A stretch of 64,000 nt of DNA from assembly GCA_046583355.1 (NCBI GenBank), contig JAYGCM010000019.1, positions 1 to 64,000 of the forward strand. The letters run 5' to 3'. The notes under the pieces are model-generated. The model saw only the letters and a program-made list of their open reading frames with translations. It ran no database searches and had not been told where the DNA came from. The position numbers were made by a program, and so were the translations under genes. Shown one piece after another: positions 56,883 through 64,000 of this stretch; position 1 is the stretch's first letter; each line of letters begins with the position of its first letter. The stretch is from Deltaproteobacteria bacterium (lineage in GTDB: Bacteria; Desulfobacterota; Binatia; UBA12015).

Positions 56883-58664
56883 TCAGCGACAACGCAAGGT
56901 CGCGCCGTTGCGCACCAGCGCGCATTGCGACGAAGACCAGCTTGTCTCGGCGCAAACGCCCTCGGTCACGTTGCGCAATTGGACGCGCAACGGGCCACCG
57001 GAGCCGGCCAACGCGGCCTGCTTGGCCCCCAGCGACACGCGGAACCCGCCGCTACGGGTGGTGAATACCGCCCGTGAGAGGGCGCCCGCGGCTCGGTCGC
57101 GCCAGATGGACTTCGTACCCCCGCGATTCTCTCGCCAGCCACGGCGCAAGACAGAATCCCACGCCCCGCCCGGCAGCTCCCAACTCGCGACCGCATCGCC
57201 TGCGGAATCCAGAATTCGAATCTCGATACCATGGGTCGCCGGAACGAAACCGGCCGGCGCGCCTTGGAAATCCGCCTTCAACGAGAACTTCTGCTCACCG
57301 GCGATGCGATCCAGGCGAGCAAAGACGCCGCGCGCCCCCGCCAGTTCGTCGCATTCACGCTGGCAGGTGGCATTGCAGCCGTCGCCGTCGTCGAGGTTGG
57401 CATCGTCACATTCCTCGCCAGTATCGAGCACTCCATCGCCGCAACCGGCCACCGCCCAGCGCATCATCTCGAAGACGCCGGCCAGCGCTTCCTCCCCGGT
57501 CGGGACGATTTCGTCTGCGGGAAGCAGGAAACCGGGGAATGCCGAGGTCGGCCGCAATTCGATCGTGTAGCCAAGTGCGCCATGCACGGCCGTCGTCCAA
57601 TCGGGGAAGATCCCACTGGCTAGATAGAGGCCGCCGTCACCACTTGCATTCGGATAGGACTCGCCATGCACAGCTTCCATGGCGGCTCCCATCGCAGCCC
57701 CCAGTGCGTCGATCTCAGCGAAGGCCACCGGCAGCGTATTGGTGTAGCCCCAAGGTTGCAGGATCACCTGGCTATAGTTGTGGAAATCGACATGTCCGAC
57801 CAGATTCGGCAGACTCTCGACGAGTGCTTGCAGCGCCTGCGTCTCCGGTTCAGAATGGGCCGAGGTGCCCGTATAGACGTCACTGCAACGATTGCCGATC
57901 GTGCTCTGGCCGCCATTCCAATCCGTCCCCCAATTCCGGTTCAAATCAACACCGAAGCACGAGGAGCCGCTGTGCAGGCGTCGGTTCTTGCGCCACATCC
58001 GGTCGCCGCCGGCTGCGTGGCTATGAACGTAGCCATCCGGGTTCACCACGGGCACGACCCATACATCAATCGCGTCCAGTAGCGCGGCGACCGTGGCGTC
58101 ACTGCCGGAACGCTCAAGCAATTGTTCGGCGATATAGACCGGCACCATCGCCGCGATCCATTCACGCGCATGCTGCGCTCCGTTGAGGAGAAGTGTCGGG
58201 CGGCTACCCGCCGCCGTCCCGCTGATCTTGAGTGCGCGGATCTCGCGCCCCTCGAAGCTCTGGCCGAGGTCGACCAACGACGCACGCGCGGGCCATGCGG
58301 CCGCAAGGGCATCGAGCCGGGTCTCGATCTCCGTCCATTCGCGGTAGTCCGCGTAGAAATTTTCGCTGGCCGACACGGAGCGGCCGCGGCGCTTCTGCTC
58401 GTCGCGGAGGAGTGCGGCGAGGTTGCCGAGCAAGGAGCGCGGCCCAAGCCCGGCCGCATCGAGTGCACGACCAGCATTCCCGTCAATCAACCAGGCTCCC
58501 GTTCCGGGGCCGGCTCGACAGGCCAGCGGACGCGCACCCACCTCGATCGCCGAATCAAAATCGGCCTGGGTCGGCAACGAGAGTTCGACGATCCGCTGCT
58601 CCGCTGCGGATGCAGGAACGGCCAGAAAAAAGACGACGAAGAAGAAGAACAGCGCCCTTCGCAT
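56883..58664 (-). CDS. Secreted M14 zinc carboxypeptidase with Cys-rich repeat and conserved C-terminal domain
   Basis: Signal peptide; QHAREW, RMWRKNRR, GVDLNRNW, DFHNY, YTIELR; CGDG..DTGEECDD; ends GATLRCR. Confidence 0.92.
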   Translation of the reverse strand: MRRALFFFFVVFFLAVPASAAEQRIVELSLPTQADFDSAIEVGARPLACRAGPGTGAWLIDGNAGRALDAAGLGPRSLLGNLAALLRDEQKRRGRSVSASENFYADYREWTEIETRLDALAAAWPARASLVDLGQSFEGREIRALKISGTAAGSRPTLLLNGAQHAREWIAAMVPVYIAEQLLERSGSDATVAALLDAIDVWVVPVVNPDGYVHSHAAGGDRMWRKNRRLHSGSSCFGVDLNRNWGTDWNGGQSTIGNRCSDVYTGTSAHSEPETQALQALVESLPNLVGHVDFHNYSQVILQPWGYTNTLPVAFAEIDALGAAMGAAMEAVHGESYPNASGDGGLYLASGIFPDWTTAVHGALGYTIELRPTSAFPGFLLPADEIVPTGEEALAGVFEMMRWAVAGCGDGVLDTGEECDDANLDDGDGCNATCQRECDELAGARGVFARLDRIAGEQKFSLKADFQGAPAGFVPATHGIEIRILDSAGDAVASWELPGGAWDSVLRRGWRENRGGTKSIWRDRAAGALSRAVFTTRSGGFRVSLGAKQAALAGSGGPLRVQLRNVTEGVCAETSWSSSQCALVRNGATLRCR

Positions 58665-58668
58665 CGGC

Positions 58669-60795
58669 CTAAGCCTCCGGCGTCGCGCTCGGCTCAGGAG
58701 TCGGCTCCGCTGTCGGCTCCGGCGTCGCGCTCGGCTCAGGAGTCGGCTCCGGCGTAGGCGTGGGTGTGGGTGTGGGTGTGGGTGTGGGCGTGGGCGTGGG
58801 CGTGGGCGTGGGCGTGGGTGTGGGTGTGGGTGTGGGTGTGGGCGTGGGTGTGGGTGTGGGTGTGGGTGTCAAAGAGGGGACCGGGCCTACGCCAACGGCG
58901 AATTCGACAATATCACAATCGGCGTCGGTGCGGACCTCAAGGCGGACGTCGTACCACCCGGCCTCGGCATAGGAGTGGCGCATCTTGCGGCTGATCGCCG
59001 TCGTCCCGTCGCCCAGATCCCAATTCCACGCCACTGTCTCCAGGCCCGAGTCTTCTACGAACTCAATCCTCATCGAGTCCCCCGGCAAGGGCCTGATATC
59101 CACCGCCGCGTAGAGGCCGCCGTGGTCATCGCAAAGCAACTCTTCAAAAGGCAAAGCGCCGATTCCGGCACCGTTGAAGAGGTTGGCCCAATGCGAATTG
59201 GCCGTCATCCCGTAGCTCGCGCCATGCGGCATAGCGACATCAGCATGCCAGATTTCAAGCGAATCGTTCTCCCCTTCGGCCCCGGCAATGACCTCGGCCG
59301 AGGCCCAGTGCCACTCGAAGCCATCGGAAATCTGGATGCCCTGTAGCGGGCGACCGCCAACCGTATCGACCCGGCACTCGGCACAACTCGCGCCAGAGCC
59401 ATCACCACTGGGCTGCAGACGGATGGCTGTGCCAGCCTGGAACTCGAGGCGCAGCCGGTCCGGAGCATCGGCCACGGCAACGCGCTGCACCGAGATCAGG
59501 GTCGGGCCGATGCCGACGCCCTCCTCGCCGTCACTGATATCGAGCGCCGCTCGCATGATCGGGCCTGGGTAAACCTCTACCCGCAGGCGCGGATGAACCG
59601 AGTCTCGCAGACCGAGGTCCTTGGAGTTGACGATCGCGATATCGGGTAATTCCCGCGCCAGCCGCGAGAAAGCGCGGTACATCTGCCAGTCATTACGTGC
59701 TCCCTCCGGCCGTCCTTTGCGCACCGCGGGGAGCTCCTCCACCTCGATATCCGCATCCCAATCCCAGAGATCGGCACCCGGGCCCGGTCGCCCACCCTTG
59801 GGGATCAAGACCGCGACAATGGGTAAGACGAGAGGCTCGTAGTTTTCGACCAGCTGCCAACGCCATGAATTCCATTCGCTGCGCCAGGACCGGAAGAAGC
59901 CGACCAGCGAGTCGTCATAGAAGGGCGTGAACCGCGAGCCATAATCCGATTCGCCCTGCCACCAGATGACACCGCGAACGGCGAAGGGCTGGGTCTCTTC
60001 GATTGATTTGCGCCAATGGCGCCCGATCGAGCCCAGCGGTCGGCCGTTGAAACGGCTGTAGCGCTCGCGAATCTCGAGCGGCAGATCGGCGAGCAGACCG
60101 GGGTACATCCAATGCCGGATGGAGGTGCTGGGCACCGCGACATTGATAATGCCGATCGTCACATCGGAGAAATGATCATAGAATTCGCGACCGATCGCGA
60201 AGGCCACCTCACCGACAAAGCGCCGCCAGCGCGCCGGCGTATTCCAATTACCGCGCTTGTAGGTGCGAATATCGTGGAGGTCGGATTTCTGCTCGGCCTT
60301 GAGACCCGAGGTCCATTTCGCGACGTTCGACTGCCCCCCCACGTACCAAACCTCACCAATCGCGACCTGACGGTAGAAGAACCCCTTCTCGCCAATAACC
60401 CACAAAACCAACTCGTCGGCCTGCGTGGTCGCTTGGTCGATCGCCGGCAGCACCGCGCGCCAGTTGCCGTAGGCATCCGCAACGACGGTATGCGGCCCGC
60501 GTACCAAGGTGCCATCCGTTTTCTCAAGATGAATTGTCACCTCGGCCCGACCATGCGGCCGCGCGTAGCCCCAGATCCGGATCGGCAGGCCGCGCTGCAG
60601 CACCATTCCATCCGCAAAAAGACCCGATCCCATGCGGATACGCTCGGCCGGAACGCGGTTGGATTGTGCCGCCGGGCTCGACGCGAACGCCAGCACCAGA
60701 ACCATGGCGCACGCCGTGGAAATAAAGAGTCGGGACACAATTATACGGGGGGAATTCTTCAACTTCAGATGGGGGTGATACGTTGGGGAAGGCAT
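58669..60795 (-). CDS. Secreted sialate O-acetylesterase-like (SASA/SGNH) protein with PKD domain and Pro/Thr tail; true start probably downstream (60738 or 60705)
   Basis: [45 protein letters not shown] (PKD); (PT)n tail. Confidence 0.85.
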   Translation of the reverse strand: MPSPTYHPHLKLKNSPRIIVSRLFISTACAMVLVLAFASSPAAQSNRVPAERIRMGSGLFADGMVLQRGLPIRIWGYARPHGRAEVTIHLEKTDGTLVRGPHTVVADAYGNWRAVLPAIDQATTQADELVLWVIGEKGFFYRQVAIGEVWYVGGQSNVAKWTSGLKAEQKSDLHDIRTYKRGNWNTPARWRRFVGEVAFAIGREFYDHFSDVTIGIINVAVPSTSIRHWMYPGLLADLPLEIRERYSRFNGRPLGSIGRHWRKSIEETQPFAVRGVIWWQGESDYGSRFTPFYDDSLVGFFRSWRSEWNSWRWQLVENYEPLVLPIVAVLIPKGGRPGPGADLWDWDADIEVEELPAVRKGRPEGARNDWQMYRAFSRLARELPDIAIVNSKDLGLRDSVHPRLRVEVYPGPIMRAALDISDGEEGVGIGPTLISVQRVAVADAPDRLRLEFQAGTAIRLQPSGDGSGASCAECRVDTVGGRPLQGIQISDGFEWHWASAEVIAGAEGENDSLEIWHADVAMPHGASYGMTANSHWANLFNGAGIGALPFEELLCDDHGGLYAAVDIRPLPGDSMRIEFVEDSGLETVAWNWDLGDGTTAISRKMRHSYAEAGWYDVRLEVRTDADCDIVEFAVGVGPVPSLTPTPTPTPTPTPTPTPTPTPTPTPTPTPTPTPTPTPTPTPEPTPEPSATPEPTAEPTPEPSATPEA
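58675..58751. repeat. Exact 35-bp direct repeat, two copies, 42-bp period
   Basis: CTCCGGCGTCGCGCTCGGCTCAGGAGTCGGCTCCG at 58675 and 58717; encodes [11 protein letters not shown] twice. Confidence 0.85.
58760..58867. repeat. (GTGGGY)18 hexamer microsatellite encoding a Pro-Thr tract
   Basis: Directly visible; in frame on the minus strand. Confidence 0.95.
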
Positions 60796-60948
60796 ACGTC
60801 CGGCCGGAGGGCTGCGACTCGCAAGAGCCTACCTCGGCACGCCCCCGCGAGCCATAGTCTTTCTTTGTTTCCGGGGCTGTTTTGCGGACCACCGCAGACC
60901 ATACAAGCTATGCGAGTCCTGCCGTTTACCGCTAAAGAGAACCGGGCG

Positions 60949-61869
60949 ATGGGAGACCAAAGAGCAAAGGCAGCCGAGCGCAAACCACCTTGGCTCAAGG
61001 TGCCGGTACCCGGCGGCGAAGGCTACCGCCGGCTCAAGGGCCTGACCCGCAGCCTCAAGCTGCATACGGTCTGTGAAGAGGCGCGCTGCCCCAACGTCGG
61101 CGAATGCTGGTCCGGCCCGCACGCGACCATGACCATCATGGTATTGGGCGATGAATGTACCCGGCGCTGCCGTTTCTGCGCCGTGCGCACGGTGACGCAA
61201 GCCGCGCCGCCCGACCCCGAAGAACCCGCGCATGTCGCCGAGGCGATCGCGGGCCTCGGACTCGGCTATATCGTCATCACCAGCGTGGATCGCGACGACC
61301 TACCCGACGGCGGCGCCGGACATTATGCCGCCTGCCTGCGCGCGATTCACGAACGCGATAGCGAGTTGCTGATCGAGACGCTGATCCCGGATTATCGCGG
61401 CGAAGACCTGCAAACTCTGATGCGCGCCGGGCCCGACGTCCTGGCGCATAACGTCGAGGTAGTCGATCGCCTACAGCGCAAGATCCGCGATCCACGCTGC
61501 AGCTTTGAGCGCTCACTTACGACGCTGCGCGAAGCCCGCGACCTGCTTCCCGGCGTCATCACCAAATCTTCCTTGATGCTGGGCCTCGGCGAGTCACGCG
61601 ACGAGATTCTGGTTTCGATGGAGCGCCTGCGCGGGGCCGGTGTCGAGATCCTCACGCTCGGGCAATATCTGCGCCCCTCGGCCAACCATGCCCCGGTGCG
61701 CGAATTCATCGAGCCGCAGGTCTTCACCGAACTCGCAGTGCTTGGCCGCGCCATGGGCTTTCTCGATGTGGCCGCCGGCCCACTCGTTCGCTCAAGCTAC
61801 AAGGCCGGCGAGATGGTCGCCGGGCAACTCGCCCGAGAGCGGCGCGCAGCGCGCGCAGCCGCCCTCTGA
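60949..61869 (+). CDS. lipA: Lipoyl synthase
   Basis: RKPPWLK, TVCEEARCPNVGECW, CTRRCRFC (radical SAM), TSVDRDDL, GQYLRPS, PLVRSSY. Confidence 0.97.
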   Translation: MGDQRAKAAERKPPWLKVPVPGGEGYRRLKGLTRSLKLHTVCEEARCPNVGECWSGPHATMTIMVLGDECTRRCRFCAVRTVTQAAPPDPEEPAHVAEAIAGLGLGYIVITSVDRDDLPDGGAGHYAACLRAIHERDSELLIETLIPDYRGEDLQTLMRAGPDVLAHNVEVVDRLQRKIRDPRCSFERSLTTLREARDLLPGVITKSSLMLGLGESRDEILVSMERLRGAGVEILTLGQYLRPSANHAPVREFIEPQVFTELAVLGRAMGFLDVAAGPLVRSSYKAGEMVAGQLARERRAARAAAL

Positions 61870-61882
61870 ACGGGGTCCGAGT

Positions 61883-63583
61883 TCAGCTGCGATCCGCGCG
61901 CACGAGACGGCCCGGCCGGGCACCCGTCGGCTCCCCATGCTCCATCGTCACTTCCCCGGCGACAATCGTTGCATCGTAGCCATCAACACGTTGCACCAGG
62001 CGTCGGCCTCCGGCGGGGAGGTCGAAAATCATCTCCGGGACGTGGGTCTGGAGGCGGTCGAAATCGATGATATTCACATCCGCCTTGCGCCCGACCTCAA
62101 GCGTGCCGCGGTCGTTCATGCCGTAGACCTGCGCCGTCCGGCCGGTTTGCAGGTGGACGACCTGCTCCAGCGCAATGCGCTCGCCGCGCTTCCGGTCGCG
62201 CGCCCAATGCGTCAAGAGATAGGTCGGCATACCGGCATCACAGATCAGCCCACAATGGGCGCCGCCGTCGGAGAGGCCGAGAACCGAGTTGGGGTGCAGC
62301 ATCATTTCGCGCAGCGGCGCATGGGAATACTCCGCATAATTGAGTAGCGGTGCGAAGAAGAAATTCTTGCCGCCATTGGCCGTCAGGCCGTCGAGCAGCA
62401 ACTCTTCGGCACTACGCCCTTCGCGCTGGGCCTGGGCGGCCAGGCTCTTCTCCTTGGCCGGCTCGTAGTCGACAGGGTCCCCCAAGGGGAAGATCTGCTC
62501 GAAATTCATCAGCAAAGCCCGAGCAAAGGGGTCCTGAATCAGGCTCTCCTCGGCGAGCAGACGGGCGCGCACCTCAGGGTTGGCGAGCTTGGCCGCCCGC
62601 TCGGCCAAAGGCAGATGCGCCAGACCGGCATAGGTCGGGTGGCCGACAAAGGGGTGGAAGCTACTCTGTAGGCCGAAGAGCATGCCGGTCGGGCGGCACG
62701 GCACCTGGGGCACGATACGGCCGCCGCCGGCCGTCGAGCGGCGCGCGGCTTCGAGCGACTCGCGGTAAAGCGTCGGGTTGCCGGGCTGCTGTGCCAGCGC
62801 ATAGGTGATGCCGCAGCCGGTCTCGCGGGCGAGTTCTTCCATCCAGCTGCGATCCGGCTCGCCGCCGAGCGAGTCCGTGACCATCTCGAACATCGCGCCG
62901 CCCTTCACCTTGAGAGCTTGGCCGATCCCGAGGAGTTCACGTGGCTCGGAGAAGGTTCCCGGAACATTGCCATGTACGGAGCTGTGGATGATGGTGCGCG
63001 AGGTCGTGAAACCGAAGGCACCTGCATCGATGCCCTCTTTCGTCAAGCGATACATCTGGGAGATTTCGTCGTCCGTGACTTCCGTCTCGTGGGCGCGATC
63101 GCCGAGGACGTAGGCGCGCACCGAACAATGTGGCACCTGGGTTGCGATATCCATTGTGCGCGGCATCTTCTCGAGTACGTCCATATACTCGGGGAAGGAC
63201 TCCCAGCCCCAATCGATCCCCTCATGCAGGGCTGTGCCGGGAATATCCTCGACGCCTTCCATCAATTCGATCAGGAAATCGTGCTGGTCTTCGCGCACCG
63301 GAGCAAAGCCGACACCGCAATTTCCCATCACGATGGTTGTGACACCATGCCAGCTCGAAGGCGCCAGCACCGGATCCCAAGTCACCTGACCATCATAATG
63401 CGTGTGGATATCGACCCAGCCGGGTGCGACGAGACGCCCCTTGGCATCGTGCTCGCGGCGGCCGCGTTCGGCCACCCGCCCGATAGCCGAAATGCGCCCA
63501 TCGTCGATCGCGACATCGCCTTCGAAGCGCTCGGCTCCCGTACCGTCGACAACCGTCCCGTTGCGGATCACGAAATCATGCAT
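61883..63583 (-). CDS. N-acyl-D-amino-acid deacylase-like amidohydrolase
   Basis: [42 protein letters not shown]. Confidence 0.9.
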   Translation of the reverse strand: MHDFVIRNGTVVDGTGAERFEGDVAIDDGRISAIGRVAERGRREHDAKGRLVAPGWVDIHTHYDGQVTWDPVLAPSSWHGVTTIVMGNCGVGFAPVREDQHDFLIELMEGVEDIPGTALHEGIDWGWESFPEYMDVLEKMPRTMDIATQVPHCSVRAYVLGDRAHETEVTDDEISQMYRLTKEGIDAGAFGFTTSRTIIHSSVHGNVPGTFSEPRELLGIGQALKVKGGAMFEMVTDSLGGEPDRSWMEELARETGCGITYALAQQPGNPTLYRESLEAARRSTAGGGRIVPQVPCRPTGMLFGLQSSFHPFVGHPTYAGLAHLPLAERAAKLANPEVRARLLAEESLIQDPFARALLMNFEQIFPLGDPVDYEPAKEKSLAAQAQREGRSAEELLLDGLTANGGKNFFFAPLLNYAEYSHAPLREMMLHPNSVLGLSDGGAHCGLICDAGMPTYLLTHWARDRKRGERIALEQVVHLQTGRTAQVYGMNDRGTLEVGRKADVNIIDFDRLQTHVPEMIFDLPAGGRRLVQRVDGYDATIVAGEVTMEHGEPTGARPGRLVRADRS

Positions 63584-63589
63584 GCAGGA

Positions 63590-63595
63590 ACTCTA
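63590..63595 (-). promoter_or_regulatory. -10 element of putative leaderless transcript
   Basis: TAGAGT, 6-nt spacer, then ATG at 63583. Confidence 0.5.
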
Positions 63596-63665
63596 AAGAC
63601 ATGACCGAGAAGTGCAACGCTGCCGGGCCAAACGGCTACAGCCCAGCGCCCACAAGCTCGAAACT

Positions 63666-63685
63666 CGGCCCAAATGCAGGGCTGC
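63666..63685 (+). repeat. Dispersed intergenic repeat copy (degenerate)
   Basis: CGGCCCAAATGCAGGGCTGC; 17/20 consensus match. Confidence 0.5.
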
Positions 63686-63686
63686 C

Positions 63687-64000
63687 CTAGATCCAGAACT
63701 CGTCTACGAGCTGCTGGTCATCGGGGATCGACCAGACCTCAGCGATCTTGCGGTTCTCGAGCCGGAGCAGCACGAAAATCTGTGCGTCGAGATCCTTGCC
63801 TTCGCGCGCCCCCTGCAAACGCACCAGCAGCGCCGTGCGATGGTCGCCCGTGAGGACATCAATCAGGTCGAGACTGAGAGAATCGACGTCGTCGCCCAGG
63901 CTCGCGAGGTAATCGATGACCGCGCGCCGACCGCGGTGGTCGCCCGAGCGGGCGCTATGCCCTGACGCATGCCAAGTGATAGCGGCGGTAGAAACACGAG
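63687..64000 (-). CDS. NTF2/SnoaL-like protein, 5' end outside the window
   Basis: Manual translation ...ITWHASGHSARSGDHRGRRAVIDYL...KIAEVWSIPDDQQLVDEFWI*; not in the ORF track. Confidence 0.75.
   Translation of the reverse strand, partial: RVSTAAITWHASGHSARSGDHRGRRAVIDYLASLGDDVDSLSLDLIDVLTGDHRTALLVRLQGAREGKDLDAQIFVLLRLENRKIAEVWSIPDDQQLVDEFWI

Noticed and set aside
58760..58994. Poly-VG and poly-VW plus-strand ORFs
   Set aside because: Alternative-frame readings of the Pro-Thr microsatellite.
60016..60948. N-terminal extension of lipA in the 617-aa ORF
   Set aside because: Antisense to the esterase gene; LipA motifs start after ATG 60949.
63612..63965. 117-aa plus-strand ORF
   Set aside because: Antisense to a more convincing SnoaL/NTF2-like frame on the minus strand.
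1..64000. CRISPR array, tRNA/rRNA, integrase, transposase or prophage
   Set aside because: No regularly spaced repeat-spacer array, RNA gene or mobile-element protein motif was recognised by eye; a covariance-model scan was not possible.

Overview
High-GC (roughly 65% by eye) bacterial chromosomal DNA with about 55 genes. I found no rRNA, tRNA, CRISPR array, integrase or transposase. Cys-rich secreted proteins, TonB receptor, DUF1214/sulfotransferase/SDR genes and APH-type kinases suggest a deltaproteobacteria-like lineage such as Candidatus Binatia (inference, not searched). The first ~195 bp are AT-rich foreign DNA encoding a GDPD C-terminus, joined to a truncated trxA; this is most likely an assembly or amplification chimera. 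Housekeeping genes include gmhA, a uvrA paralogue, pgeF, mutY, thyA-folA and lipA. Most notable observations: (1) two unrelated secreted proteins 41 kb apart end in the same ~160-170 aa domain, a candidate lineage-specific secretion or surface-sorting signal; (2) a three-gene secreted-protein operon with 15 disintegrin-like repeats, a BPI/LBP-like region and a shared 4-Cys helical domain; (3) a consensus sigma54 promoter upstream of a 2TM histidine kinase, an NtrC-type activator and pspA, resembling a Psp/Lia hybrid; (4) a dispersed intergenic repeat, CGGCCGAAAAGYAGGCCTGCATCC; (5) at least six genes with a leaderless-type promoter layout; (6) an Rv3529c-Rv3531c-like module; (7) a nucleotidyltransferase TA-like pair facing an AAA/DUF4143 ATPase. 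All family assignments are by motif recognition, not database search.
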